A stretch of 64,000 nucleotides of DNA from Oscillospiraceae bacterium. Lineage in GTDB: Bacteria > Bacillota > Clostridia > Oscillospirales > Acutalibacteraceae. Positions 18,697 to 28,921 of this stretch are shown one piece after another. The notes below the pieces were generated by a model. It saw only the letters and a program-made list of their open reading frames with translations, was not told the origin of the DNA and did no database searches. The DNA lies in assembly GCA_029225165.1 (NCBI GenBank), contig JAQXVY010000017.1, positions 43,562 through 107,561 on the forward strand, read 5' to 3'. The translations under genes and the position numbers were made by a program. Within the stretch, counting starts at the first letter, position 1, and each line of letters opens with the position of its first letter.

Positions 18697-19450
18697 GGAC
18701 AAGGTGCAGTTTAGCATAATTATCGGTATTTTTGCTGTCATAGTATCAGCCTGTGTAATTTCTATTTTGCACAATGATATGACTGCAAGTGCCGAAGATA
18801 ATTTCAGAAGACTTGAACAGCAGGTGTCAGTTACCGTTCCAAACGATAATGTTCACAAAAAGGAGATTACAAGCACTATTGGGGGAAGGTCATATTCATA
18901 CGGACATAATGTTTCAACATTATCTAAAAAGAACAATGAGTGTATAGGTTGGCTAACTGTAAATGATACAGGTATTTCATATCCGGTAATGCAAAGCACC
19001 ACAGACCATCAAAAATATCTAAACAGAGATTTCAATGGTAACTACAGTCTAAGCGGAACACCTTTCCTTGATTATCGTTGTTCACTTGAAAGTGCGAATA
19101 TGATTATCTACGGACACCATATGAATGATGGCAGTATGTTCGGAACACTTATGAATTACATTCGTAAGAGTTACAGAGATTCACACAAAACCATAACCTT
19201 TGAAACAAGGAATGGCACGAAAGAATATACTGTTTTTTCTGTTATGAAAACAACAGTTGACGATGATTGGTACAAGTTTGTGTCTGCTCAATCTGCTGAA
19301 AAGTTCTGTAAGAGGGTGGCATACGCAAACGAACATTCCATATACAATACTGGCATAAAACCAAGTATGAGCCACAAGCTCCTAACCCTTTCCACCTGTA
19401 CAAATGCAAGTGAAGATGAAAGATTGCTTGTTATAGCTTATGAAAATTGA
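18665..19450 (+). CDS. srtB: class B sortase
   Basis: N-terminal TM; IGWL, YPV.Q, IIYGHHM..GSMFG, LTLSTC, R catalytic triad. Confidence 0.92.
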   Translation: MKMKKQKMKFKDKVQFSIIIGIFAVIVSACVISILHNDMTASAEDNFRRLEQQVSVTVPNDNVHKKEITSTIGGRSYSYGHNVSTLSKKNNECIGWLTVNDTGISYPVMQSTTDHQKYLNRDFNGNYSLSGTPFLDYRCSLESANMIIYGHHMNDGSMFGTLMNYIRKSYRDSHKTITFETRNGTKEYTVFSVMKTTVDDDWYKFVSAQSAEKFCKRVAYANEHSIYNTGIKPSMSHKLLTLSTCTNASEDERLLVIAYEN

Positions 19451-19461
19451 GGAGGCAAAAT

Positions 19462-21354
19462 ATGAAACTATTTAAACGCAAACCTAAAGTTTTAACACAG
19501 GAAAAGCAGGAAGAAATCAACACAAAAGATTTCTTCGATATGATCCTTCCGCCAACAATAAAGTTCAAAAGTGATTTTTACTATGTAGGTGACAGTTACA
19601 GAAGTATTTGGGCAGTTAAGGAATATCCGCCGTCAACAGAAGAACAGGCAATTCTTTCACAAATCGGTGACAGAAACGGTGTAACTCTTCACATCTACAA
19701 CCGACTGGTATCCTCTGTTGAGCAAAGAAAAATTGTTCAGAATGCAACCCGAAAGAACAAACTCCAAAGCACAGGGAACAATGTGAACGAAACCATTGAA
19801 GCTGAGGGTAATCTTCAGGATGTAACAGCCCTTATGGTAAACCTCAGAAGAAACAAAGAGCCACTTCTACATTGTGCCGTATATATTGAATTAACAGCCA
19901 ACTCAAAGCAAAGGTTAAGAGATTTACAGACAGAAATCTCAATGGAACTCACCCGTTCCAAGATTGAGTTTGACAGACTTACACTTCGCCAGCAGGAGGG
20001 TTTCCTGTCAGTAACACCGGTTGGCAGTAATCAGTTCGGTTCGTTGTTTGAAAGGGTGCTTCCGGCAAGCTCTGTTGCTAATCTATTTCCCTTTAACTAC
20101 TCAGGCAAGACAGATGCAAAGGGACTTTATATCGGCAGGGATAAGTATGGTACAAACATTCTTGTGGATTTTGACGCCAGAACAGATGACAAAACCAACA
20201 GTAATGTCCTTATACTCGGCAACTCCGGACAGGGTAAATCATATCTCTTAAAACTATTATTAACCAACATTCGTGAAAGTGGCAAGTCACTTATTTGCCT
20301 TGACCCGGAAGCGGAATATGAAGATTTAGTAAGAAATCTTGGAGGTTGCTATATTGACTTTATGGATGGCAGACACACTATCAATCCCCTTGAGCCGAAG
20401 TCTTGGAATGAGCAAGCTGAGCTTGCAGGCAATCCGCACACTGACAATGATAAAGAGGTTACTGTATATTCCTGCGAGGATGATATTGATGTACCGGAGG
20501 CTTTCATTAAGAGCACTAAACTATCACAGCACATTGCATTCCTCAAAGATTTCTTTAGAGCATACAAAGATTTTACAGACGAACAGCTTGACACTATTGA
20601 GATTTTGCTGACCAAGTTATACAACAAGTTCGGCATTAACGACAACACAGATTACACCCGACTAAGACCTACCGATTATCCAATAATGTCCGACTTCTAT
20701 GTGGTATGTACAGAGGAATACGAGAATTTCAAAGAGGACAGCAACAGCTTATACACAAAGGAAATCCTCAGAGAAATTTGCCTTGCAATCCACAGTATGT
20801 GTGTAGGTTCAGAGTCACAGTATTTCAACGGCTACAGTAACATTACAGACGACAAGCTGTTATGCTTTGGTGTTAAGGGTTTGCTAGACACAAACAAAAG
20901 GCTCAAAGACGCAATGCTTTTTAATATCCTATCCTATATGAGTAACAAGCTTCTTGGAGAGGGTAACACAGTTGCAAGTATTGATGAACTGTATCTGTTC
21001 CTTACCAATATGACAGCCATTGAGTATATTCGTAACGCAATGAAACGAGTACGCAAAAAGGACTCTGCTGTCATCATCGCCAGTCAGAATATCGAGGACT
21101 TTCTGCTCCCTAAAATTAAAGAATTTACAAAACCGCTATTCTCAATCCCAACCCATGTATATCTCTTCTATCCCGGAAACATCAATCCAAAGGATTTTCA
21201 GGACGCACTTATGCTCGAACCAAACGAGTATGGACTGATTCGTTTTTCAGAAAGAGGTACTTGCTTCTACCGTTGCGGTAACGAGAGATTTTTACTTATG
21301 GTTAAGGCTCCGGAGTATAAGGCGGAATTGTTTGGGAGTGCTGGAGGGAGGTGA
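19462..21354 (+). CDS. virB4: VirB4-type conjugative ATPase
   Basis: Walker A GNSGQGKS, LDPEAEY, Walker B SIDE, ASQN; GGAGG RBS. Confidence 0.93.
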   Translation: MKLFKRKPKVLTQEKQEEINTKDFFDMILPPTIKFKSDFYYVGDSYRSIWAVKEYPPSTEEQAILSQIGDRNGVTLHIYNRLVSSVEQRKIVQNATRKNKLQSTGNNVNETIEAEGNLQDVTALMVNLRRNKEPLLHCAVYIELTANSKQRLRDLQTEISMELTRSKIEFDRLTLRQQEGFLSVTPVGSNQFGSLFERVLPASSVANLFPFNYSGKTDAKGLYIGRDKYGTNILVDFDARTDDKTNSNVLILGNSGQGKSYLLKLLLTNIRESGKSLICLDPEAEYEDLVRNLGGCYIDFMDGRHTINPLEPKSWNEQAELAGNPHTDNDKEVTVYSCEDDIDVPEAFIKSTKLSQHIAFLKDFFRAYKDFTDEQLDTIEILLTKLYNKFGINDNTDYTRLRPTDYPIMSDFYVVCTEEYENFKEDSNSLYTKEILREICLAIHSMCVGSESQYFNGYSNITDDKLLCFGVKGLLDTNKRLKDAMLFNILSYMSNKLLGEGNTVASIDELYLFLTNMTAIEYIRNAMKRVRKKDSAVIIASQNIEDFLLPKIKEFTKPLFSIPTHVYLFYPGNINPKDFQDALMLEPNEYGLIRFSERGTCFYRCGNERFLLMVKAPEYKAELFGSAGGR

Positions 21355-21448
21355 TATTTTCAAAATTCATTAAATGTATTTATAATATTTTTATTGTATG
21401 ATATAATTAATGTAATTTATTTGTTTTTTACACTTATAGGGGGTTATT

Positions 21449-22426
21449 TTGAATACATTATACATTGTTGGAAATGGTTTTGATGTTGCTCATAAATTAA
21501 AAACATCATACTGGTTTTTTAGAAAATATTTAAAAAAGTACGCAGAAGATTTTTATGTGAAACTTGAAGAAAATTATGGCTATTCTCAAATAGATGTTGA
21601 TGATTATTATATCGGAAAAAATCCCCAAAAAGCAATAAATGCTCAGGATAAGTTTGTATATGATTCTTTTTGGAAAACTATTGAAGAAGAGCTTGGAAAT
21701 GTAAATGAAGCATCTATGCTTAGTTTTTCTGAATCAATTGTTAGCAATCTTTATTTGGAAAGCGGATTAATTGGTATACAAGATACTCTTGATTACTATT
21801 GGCAAGAGCAATATTCTTTTATCAAAGAATTACAAGAATATGTATATAAATGGGCAAAACAAATAAGATTAAACAAATGTAGTCCGATGTGCGAAGAACT
21901 AATAGATAATAAAGAGGATTTATTTTTAACTTTTAATTACACTAATACGCTTGAGAAAATTTATAATATACCATCATCAAATATTTTGCATATCCACGGG
22001 GGATTGCCACCTTATTGCAGTAATAAACCAATTTTAGGTCACGGTAACTATAATGCAATTGAAAGATGTAAGGCGAAAATAGAAAAAGCTGAAAGAATTT
22101 TTGACGAAGCAACTGTTAGTATATATACCGCTATAGCACAATTTTATAGAGATACTCTAAAAAATACAACAGAAATATTGTTTAATAATAGAGGATTCTT
22201 TCAAAACTTTTCTAATATTGATAAAGTGAGAATAATAGGTCATTCTCTTGGTACTGTTGATTTTCCGTATTTTCATAAAACTTTGCAGAGTGTAAAGGAT
22301 GATACAGAATGGTATATCTATTATTATGCTGAAGAGGAAAGAGAAGAATTTGAGAAGAAAATGCTTGAATTAGGGATAGAAAGAAATAAGTTGCATGTTT
22401 GTAATTCAAGCGAATTTTGGAATTAA
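21449..22426 (+). CDS. AbiH-family (SIR2-like fold) abortive-infection protein
   Basis: LYIVGNGFD.AH.LKTSY..F, TFNYT, HIHG, ILGHG, IGHSLG.VD.PYF; AT-rich insert. Confidence 0.85.
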   Translation: MNTLYIVGNGFDVAHKLKTSYWFFRKYLKKYAEDFYVKLEENYGYSQIDVDDYYIGKNPQKAINAQDKFVYDSFWKTIEEELGNVNEASMLSFSESIVSNLYLESGLIGIQDTLDYYWQEQYSFIKELQEYVYKWAKQIRLNKCSPMCEELIDNKEDLFLTFNYTNTLEKIYNIPSSNILHIHGGLPPYCSNKPILGHGNYNAIERCKAKIEKAERIFDEATVSIYTAIAQFYRDTLKNTTEILFNNRGFFQNFSNIDKVRIIGHSLGTVDFPYFHKTLQSVKDDTEWYIYYYAEEEREEFEKKMLELGIERNKLHVCNSSEFWN

Positions 22427-22520
22427 AGTTATTAAACAATAATACTTTTATGAGGTCAATTACTCATAACATTCGTTATGAATAGTTGGCTTTTTATTTT
22501 ATCCGAAAGCAGGTGATACA

Positions 22521-23555
22521 ATGTCAATAACAGTAGGTGCAGCTCTAAAGAAAATAGCAGTTGCCCTGGTTACAAATCCCAAAGTAATAAAAACAGTCGG
22601 TGGTGTAGTAATCGGAATTGTTCTGATTCTTGCACTGCCGATTATTGCTGTGGTGTCATTTTTTAATGGTGATATTGAGTTTGATACAGCGTCCCTTAAC
22701 CAAAGTATTCAGACACAGCTCATGGCTGAACACAAAGAAGAACTTGTAAATATCAATAAAACCATGGAGAAGATTGAGGAAGAGTTAAAAGACAAGAAAC
22801 TGTCCAAGTACAAGAAACAGGCAGAGGTCATATATATCTTTTACTTTTCCGATAGGCACGATAAAGACTTTATTGATAATTTTGCAAAGTGCTTTATGAA
22901 AGATATATCAAATCAAGGATTGATTGAAAAGGTTAATTCTGAGTTCGGTGTTGATATTAAGTCAGATGAATTTAATAAAATTATGATTTCAATTAAAGAA
23001 ACAAAGATTGATACTTCTGACTTTACCGACAAGACAACTAAAAACAACCTTGACCTTGTGGAGTGGTGCAAGAATGCAGAAAGAAATGGTTGGGGATATG
23101 TTTGGGGTGCATATGGTCAGGTATGTACTAAAAGCTACCTTGATGAAATGGCAAAGAAATATCCCGAGGAAACCGAGGCAGGCGGACAAATGAGAAAGAT
23201 TGGAGAAAAGTGGATTGGCAAGAGAGTCACCGACTGCATTGGTTTAATCAAGTCATATATGTGGTACAACCCGGATACCGGTGAAATTACAGCAGGCTCC
23301 AACAACTTTCAAGACTGCAATACAACATCAATATGGAACTACACAAAAGAATCGGGTGACATTTTAACTATGCCCGACACACCCGGACTTGCTGTCTGGA
23401 TGCCCGGACATATTGGTGTCTATGTTGGTGATGGCTATGTTGTTGAGGCACAAGGCACAGCCTATGGAGTTGTCAAAACTCAGCTGAAAGGACGAGGCTG
23501 GACAAAGTGGCTTAAGATTCCAAATATGAAGTATGTGGAGGTGAAATCGAAATGA
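22521..23555 (+). CDS. NlpC/P60-like peptidoglycan hydrolase (VirB1-like)
   Basis: N-terminal TM; WGYVWG, DCIGLIK, GHIGVYVG. Confidence 0.85.
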   Translation: MSITVGAALKKIAVALVTNPKVIKTVGGVVIGIVLILALPIIAVVSFFNGDIEFDTASLNQSIQTQLMAEHKEELVNINKTMEKIEEELKDKKLSKYKKQAEVIYIFYFSDRHDKDFIDNFAKCFMKDISNQGLIEKVNSEFGVDIKSDEFNKIMISIKETKIDTSDFTDKTTKNNLDLVEWCKNAERNGWGYVWGAYGQVCTKSYLDEMAKKYPEETEAGGQMRKIGEKWIGKRVTDCIGLIKSYMWYNPDTGEITAGSNNFQDCNTTSIWNYTKESGDILTMPDTPGLAVWMPGHIGVYVGDGYVVEAQGTAYGVVKTQLKGRGWTKWLKIPNMKYVEVKSK

Positions 23556-23782
23556 AGAAAACAAACATTACCTTTGGCTATGATGATGAAAAGCTATCTG
23601 CTCTCAAAATGTATATGGAACAGAAAGACGCTGATTTTTCTGATGAACTGCTGAAAGCAGTTGACTCAATGTACACAAAGTATGTGCCTTCTACTGTGAG
23701 AGATTTCATTGATATGAGGGAGAAGTCAAAGCCTGTTCCAAAACTAAAGAAGTCAAAAAATGAAAGTGAGGATAAGACTTGA
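23552..23782 (+). CDS. DUF6103-like ICE protein
   Basis: YDDEKLSALKMYM...YTKYVP..VRDFI. Confidence 0.7.
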   Translation: MKKTNITFGYDDEKLSALKMYMEQKDADFSDELLKAVDSMYTKYVPSTVRDFIDMREKSKPVPKLKKSKNESEDKT

Positions 23783-24789
23783 GGACACAAAATTTTGGAA
23801 TAGAAATTGAAATGACCGGCATTACCAGAGCTACTGCAGCAAAGGTGATTGCCGGTTATTTTCATACAAGTGCAACTCATATAGGTGGAGGTTATGATTC
23901 ATATACTGTAAAGGATCCTGAGGACAGAAACTGGAAAATAATGCGTGACTCAAGTATTGAGTGTACTAACCGACAGGGTGAAAGAGCAAGTCAGCTTTAT
24001 TCAGTTGAATTTGTTTCTCCAATCTGTCAGTATAAAGATATTGAAACCTTGCAGGAACTTGTAAGAGCTTTACGAAATGCAGGTGCAAGAGTTAATGGCA
24101 GGTGTGGTATTCATGTTCATGTTGACGCGTCAAAACACACTCCCAAAACTCTTCGTAACATTGTAAATATTATGGCGTCAAAGGAAGATTTATTATACAA
24201 GGCACTTGATGTTAATGTTCGCAGGGAACACTACTGTGAAAAAGCTGACACAAGATTTCTTGATGAGGTGAACAAGCGACCGCCACTTACAATGGAACAG
24301 ATTAAGGATATGTGGTATGACGGAGAAGATGGTAGCTGGCGACATTATGATGATACGAGGTATCACGGTCTTAACCTTCATTCTGTTTTCAGCAAGGGAA
24401 CAATAGAATTTCGCCTTTTCAATTCAACCCTACACGCAGGAAAGGTAAAAGCGTATGTTCAACTGTCACTTGCAATCAGCCACCAAGCACTAATACAAAA
24501 GAGGGCTATGTGTAACAAAACTCATTCCGGTAATGAAAAATACACTTTCAGAACTTGGCTGTTAAGGTTGGGTATGATAGGTGATGAATTCAAAACAGCA
24601 AGAACCCATCTCCTAAAAAATCTTGATGGCAATATTGCTTGGAAAGACCCTGCACAGGCTGAAAAGCAAAAGGAGAGATTAGAACAAAGAAGATATATTG
24701 AAACAATGGAAAACAATGTTGAAATAGAATCCGAGCCGGAAACTGCTGAACAGCAGGAAGAGGGTTCGGATTTTTCTATGTCAATGTAA
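23779..24789 (+). CDS. amidoligase (COOH-NH2 ligase type 2) family protein
   Basis: FGIEIE, DSSI, EFVSP, CGIHVH, RY..LN, TIEFRLF. Confidence 0.9.
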   Translation: MRTQNFGIEIEMTGITRATAAKVIAGYFHTSATHIGGGYDSYTVKDPEDRNWKIMRDSSIECTNRQGERASQLYSVEFVSPICQYKDIETLQELVRALRNAGARVNGRCGIHVHVDASKHTPKTLRNIVNIMASKEDLLYKALDVNVRREHYCEKADTRFLDEVNKRPPLTMEQIKDMWYDGEDGSWRHYDDTRYHGLNLHSVFSKGTIEFRLFNSTLHAGKVKAYVQLSLAISHQALIQKRAMCNKTHSGNEKYTFRTWLLRLGMIGDEFKTARTHLLKNLDGNIAWKDPAQAEKQKERLEQRRYIETMENNVEIESEPETAEQQEEGSDFSMSM

Positions 24790-24807
24790 AGGAGAGGAGA
24801 AATTATT

Positions 24808-25329
24808 ATGAGTAAGATATATGTTGCCTATGGCAGTAATCTGAATCTTGAACAGATGAGTTTTCGTTGCCCAACTGCAAAACTAATTGCAACAGGAATG
24901 ATTGATAATTATGAGTTGCAGTTTAAGGGACGACCGAATTGTTCATTTGCTACCATAGCATCAAAACAAGGTTCAAGTGTTCCAGTTGCCCTTTGGAAGA
25001 TAACACCCTTTGATGAACTTATGCTTGACAGATACGAGGGTTACCCTAACTCATATTTCAAAGAAGATATAAATGTAAATGTAGGTGGCAGAGATGTTCA
25101 AGGAATGGTTTACATTATGAATTTAAAACAGAACTTCGGACTGCCCTCAGAGGGTTACTATGATACGGTTGCACAAGGATATATGGATTGTGGACTTGAC
25201 ATTAATGTTCTGAACAAGGCTGTCAATGATAGTGCTGACAAATATTACGAACATCACCCGGAAGAACAACCAGAGTCATTTGATTTATGTGATGACGAGG
25301 AAGAGGGGTTCGGTGATATGACTTTATGA
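24808..25329 (+). CDS. gamma-glutamylcyclotransferase (AIG2-like)
   Basis: YVAYGSNL...M..RCP, LDRYEGYP..Y. Confidence 0.9.
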   Translation: MSKIYVAYGSNLNLEQMSFRCPTAKLIATGMIDNYELQFKGRPNCSFATIASKQGSSVPVALWKITPFDELMLDRYEGYPNSYFKEDINVNVGGRDVQGMVYIMNLKQNFGLPSEGYYDTVAQGYMDCGLDINVLNKAVNDSADKYYEHHPEEQPESFDLCDDEEEGFGDMTL

Positions 25330-25721
25330 ATTTGAGAAAACAGCTTAAGAAAGATTTAGGCAAGAGGTACTGTTTCAAAAGGTATATGACAGCCGGTGAA
25401 GTTAAGAAAAAGTTATATGGCAAAGCAGGCTATGAAGAAAGACTAGTGGCAACTCTCACAGTTGGTTGTGTAAAAATCAATGCAGTAATTTATTTCATTT
25501 ATGAAGAACCACAGATAGCCCTTGATGTTCTTGTAAAGGATACACCCGAGAGTGAGGAATGGATTTGCTATGACACTTTAAGTGATGAAATAAAACTCAA
25601 CCCACGAAATATTGAGCAGTCAATGTTCGATATTCTGAACCGTGAAGTCAAGGAGTACGGACTGTCATATACCGAGTGCAATTTTGAAGTAATAAACGGC
25701 AAATTAATAAAGTCAGAATAA
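25326..25721 (+). CDS. hypothetical ICE protein
   Basis: 131-aa ORF overlapping upstream stop. Confidence 0.65.
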   Translation: MNLRKQLKKDLGKRYCFKRYMTAGEVKKKLYGKAGYEERLVATLTVGCVKINAVIYFIYEEPQIALDVLVKDTPESEEWICYDTLSDEIKLNPRNIEQSMFDILNREVKEYGLSYTECNFEVINGKLIKSE

Positions 25722-25739
25722 CAGCGTTATTCTCGCCAC

Positions 25740-26040
25740 ATTCGCCCTGTGTCGGCTTTTAAAGGAGAAGTCGGGAAAGTATCCGAAAACAATGAAAAAT
25801 CGAAACAGGGCGGTTTGTGACAAGGTGTGAAAAATCAGAGTTACGGCAATTCGGGCAGTTTTTCAAGGGTGGAATTTTAAGCAGGATAAAGGCGTATTCC
25901 GTGCAAGCACGGATTCGCCGAAACACACCGACCGGCAACGCCGTTCGGGGATTTTCAAAGGTGTTACTTTTTTAGCATTGTGTTACCGCTTGTCTTCCAA
26001 ACTGCCCGATTTTGCCGTTTTGATGAGGTTTTCTCTGAAT
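25740..26040. other. candidate oriT region
   Basis: GC-richer intergenic region upstream of relaxosome genes; hairpin 25891-25919 and long-range IR 25843-25861 / 25999-26018. Confidence 0.5.
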
Positions 26041-26072
26041 ACCCGAAGTGTTAATGAAAGGAAAGGTGAAAA

Positions 26073-26474
26073 ATGAACAACGACTCAAAGAGAATAGGAC
26101 TGTATATAGGTAAGGATTTACTCAAATCCTGCGACAATGCAATCTCAAGAACCAACGCAACATCACGAAGTGAGTTTATTTCAAACGCTATTGAATTTTA
26201 CATTGCGTGGCTGAACTCAAAGAATACAACTAAGGTACTTACTCCTGCACTTGAATCTGTCATCAGCTCAAAAATCCTTGATACAGAGGACAGGATTGCA
26301 AGAGTGCTGTTCAAGCAGGGCGTGGAGCTTGCAATGCTTATGCATGTTGTTGCGGCAACCAATGATATTACCGAAGGTCAGCTGAGAGATTTAAGGAAAA
26401 TTTGTGTTGACGAGGTCAAACGCAACAGCGGTAAATACAAGTTTGATGATGCAGTCAGGTTTCAGAAAGGGTAA
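26073..26474 (+). CDS. ribbon-helix-helix relaxosome accessory protein
   Basis: RIGLYI..DLL...D......SRSEFISNAIEFY; directly upstream of relaxase. Confidence 0.72.
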   Translation: MNNDSKRIGLYIGKDLLKSCDNAISRTNATSRSEFISNAIEFYIAWLNSKNTTKVLTPALESVISSKILDTEDRIARVLFKQGVELAMLMHVVAATNDITEGQLRDLRKICVDEVKRNSGKYKFDDAVRFQKG

Positions 26475-26477
26475 GCT

Positions 26478-27896
26478 ATGCCGAGAATTATTATGAAATC
26501 GCCCTACATCAAACCGAATTCTAAAACTCATATCGGGAATTATGTTTCCTACATTGCGACTCGTGACGGAGTTGAAAAGGCTGACAACACACAGAAGTTT
26601 ATGGAAGCGACCGAAAGACAAAAACAGATTATTAAGAAATTGCTTTCTGATTATCCCGATTCAAAGGACTTATATGAGTATCAAGATTATCTTGATAAGC
26701 CGAACAGAGGTAATGCAGAGGAATTGATTTTAAGGATTGCCGAAACTCATGCTGAACTATTCGGTGACCGAGAAAAATATGTGAGCTACATTGCACAGCG
26801 ACCGAGAGTAGAAAAAATATCTTCCCACGGCTTATTTACTGATGACGGTGTGCCGATAGTTTTATCTAATGTGCAGAAAGAGATTGCAGAAAGTAAGAGT
26901 AATGTATGGACTCATATCATTTCTCTCAAGCGAGAAGATGCAGAACGGCTGGGCTACAACAATGCAAAAGCTTGGATGAATCTCATTCGTTCACAGCGAA
27001 ATATAATAGCGGAGAATATGAAAATCGCTCCAGAAAATTTCAGATGGTATGCGGCGTTTCATAACGAGGGACACCATCCGCACATTCATATGATAGCATA
27101 TTCCACAAAGCCGAACGAAGCGTATATGACTGAAAAAGACATTGAAAATATTAAATCAAACCTTGCAAAGGTAATCTTCCGTCAGGACTTGATAAGTATT
27201 TATCAGAAACAGACAGAGCATAGAGATAAGCTCCGAGCCGAGGCTCGTGACATTGTTGAAGATTTGGTTTCAAAAATCAACTCTGAAATATATATCAGTG
27301 CATCAATTCAGTATAAACTGTTGGAGCTTGCCGACAGGCTTTCAAAAACGAAAGGTAAAAAAGTTTACGGCTATCTCAAGCCTGATGTAAAAGCACTGGT
27401 AGATTCTATTGTTGATGAGCTTGCAAGTGATGACAGAATCAAAAAACTGTATGATCTGTGGTATGAGCAAAAAGAAAATACAATCCGTACCTACACGGAT
27501 GAATTTTCTGACAGGATTCCGCTCGCCCAAAACAAGGAATTCAAGTCAATCAAGAATGTGGTAATCAAGGAAGTGTTGAAATTAATTCCTAACGAAGATG
27601 AAGGGGAATCAAAAAAGAATACAGACGAAGAATCTTTTTCAATTCCCTTTAAATTTGAAGAAAACACCTCTGCCGAATCAGTCTTTGATTCAGGCAAAAG
27701 TGTTCTGTATCCTCATTATTCAATTAAAACCAACCGCAACAGCGTTGCAGATTCTTCTCTTTATCTTTTGCGCTACCTCTGCAATATGATTCAAAGTAGG
27801 CTTCGCTTTGAAGAAAAGCAGAAAGTACAGAGGACGGATAAAAAGCTTCAACAGAAGATTAATGATAAGAAACGGGCGCAGGGGTTGAAAATGTAA
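26478..27896 (+). CDS. relaxase (MobP3/MobL-like)
   Basis: YVSYIATRDGV, YIAQRP, SHGLF, WYAAFHNEGHHPHIH HUH motif. Confidence 0.9.
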   Translation: MPRIIMKSPYIKPNSKTHIGNYVSYIATRDGVEKADNTQKFMEATERQKQIIKKLLSDYPDSKDLYEYQDYLDKPNRGNAEELILRIAETHAELFGDREKYVSYIAQRPRVEKISSHGLFTDDGVPIVLSNVQKEIAESKSNVWTHIISLKREDAERLGYNNAKAWMNLIRSQRNIIAENMKIAPENFRWYAAFHNEGHHPHIHMIAYSTKPNEAYMTEKDIENIKSNLAKVIFRQDLISIYQKQTEHRDKLRAEARDIVEDLVSKINSEIYISASIQYKLLELADRLSKTKGKKVYGYLKPDVKALVDSIVDELASDDRIKKLYDLWYEQKENTIRTYTDEFSDRIPLAQNKEFKSIKNVVIKEVLKLIPNEDEGESKKNTDEESFSIPFKFEENTSAESVFDSGKSVLYPHYSIKTNRNSVADSSLYLLRYLCNMIQSRLRFEEKQKVQRTDKKLQQKINDKKRAQGLKM

Positions 27897-27912
27897 TTGA
27901 GAAGTTAATAAA

Positions 27913-28716
27913 TCAAGTTCGGTTTGTACAATGTATTTTAAATAATATTTCTTTTTTTGCCTTGTCCCAACTGTTATCAGAAACATTAAGCATATAGCAT
28001 TGTTCTTTAATTGAATTTATTACAATCATATCTTCTTTAAATCTTCTTTCCCAAAATTCAATCTGTTTGCTTGTTGGCTCGGGTCGCTGACGGTCTTTAT
28101 AAGCCTTTTCTAATTGCAACGATATATTGTCGGTTTTTAAGTAAAAAATATATTTTTCTGTTAATTTAACAGCATTAAGGAGTGATTCGATAAACGGAAC
28201 AGCTTGTTCTCCTGTTATATGATAATTGTTCATTATATCATTAAGCGGGTGGTGTAGCAGAGAACCGTCAAAAATTACAAAGTCAAGTGATCCGTCTAAC
28301 GACTCCTGATAATTATTCCATATCTTTTTATATGTAGAAATGAATTCATCTATTGCAATAATTTTCTTTGGATGATAGCAAAATTCATTCTCTATAAGCG
28401 TAGAAAGCATGGGTTCTTCAAATATATAGTCTTTGCCGTTAGCGTATCTTATAAGCCTTATACCGTCTGCTTTTATTGTATTTTCATTGATGATTTCTAT
28501 ATAACAACTGTATTTACAACACAACTTTTCATATTCGAGAGTTGTAAAATATGCAGTGCGATAAAAGTCTATGGGATTTGTATAATCGCCCTCTAAATAT
28601 GATTTAACTTTATAACCCAAATCCGTCAATTCTTTTTGGAGCGTTTGCACCATTGTTGATTTGCCTACACCCGAAACTCCTTCAATAAAAATCAGTTTAG
28701 TCAATGTCGTGCTCAC
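27913..28716 (-). CDS. P-loop NTPase/nucleotide-kinase-like cargo protein
   Basis: LIFIEGVSGVGKST; FVIFDGSLLH; antisense, AT-rich. Confidence 0.75.
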   Translation of the reverse strand: MSTTLTKLIFIEGVSGVGKSTMVQTLQKELTDLGYKVKSYLEGDYTNPIDFYRTAYFTTLEYEKLCCKYSCYIEIINENTIKADGIRLIRYANGKDYIFEEPMLSTLIENEFCYHPKKIIAIDEFISTYKKIWNNYQESLDGSLDFVIFDGSLLHHPLNDIMNNYHITGEQAVPFIESLLNAVKLTEKYIFYLKTDNISLQLEKAYKDRQRPEPTSKQIEFWERRFKEDMIVINSIKEQCYMLNVSDNSWDKAKKEILFKIHCTNRT

Positions 28717-28921
28717 TCCTTTTGCGAAATAGATTATTCAAGCATGTTTTTATGATTATATTACCATATATCAGGGCAATAGTCTATTAAAAAATAAGTC
28801 TTCCACCAAGGAACAACTGCACCCAAATGCTGACTGGTGCCACCTGTCACGGTGATAGAAGAAGAACTACCCAATCTAAGATATTACAGCAGAAAAGAAA
28901 AAATATATTAAACATAAGGAT

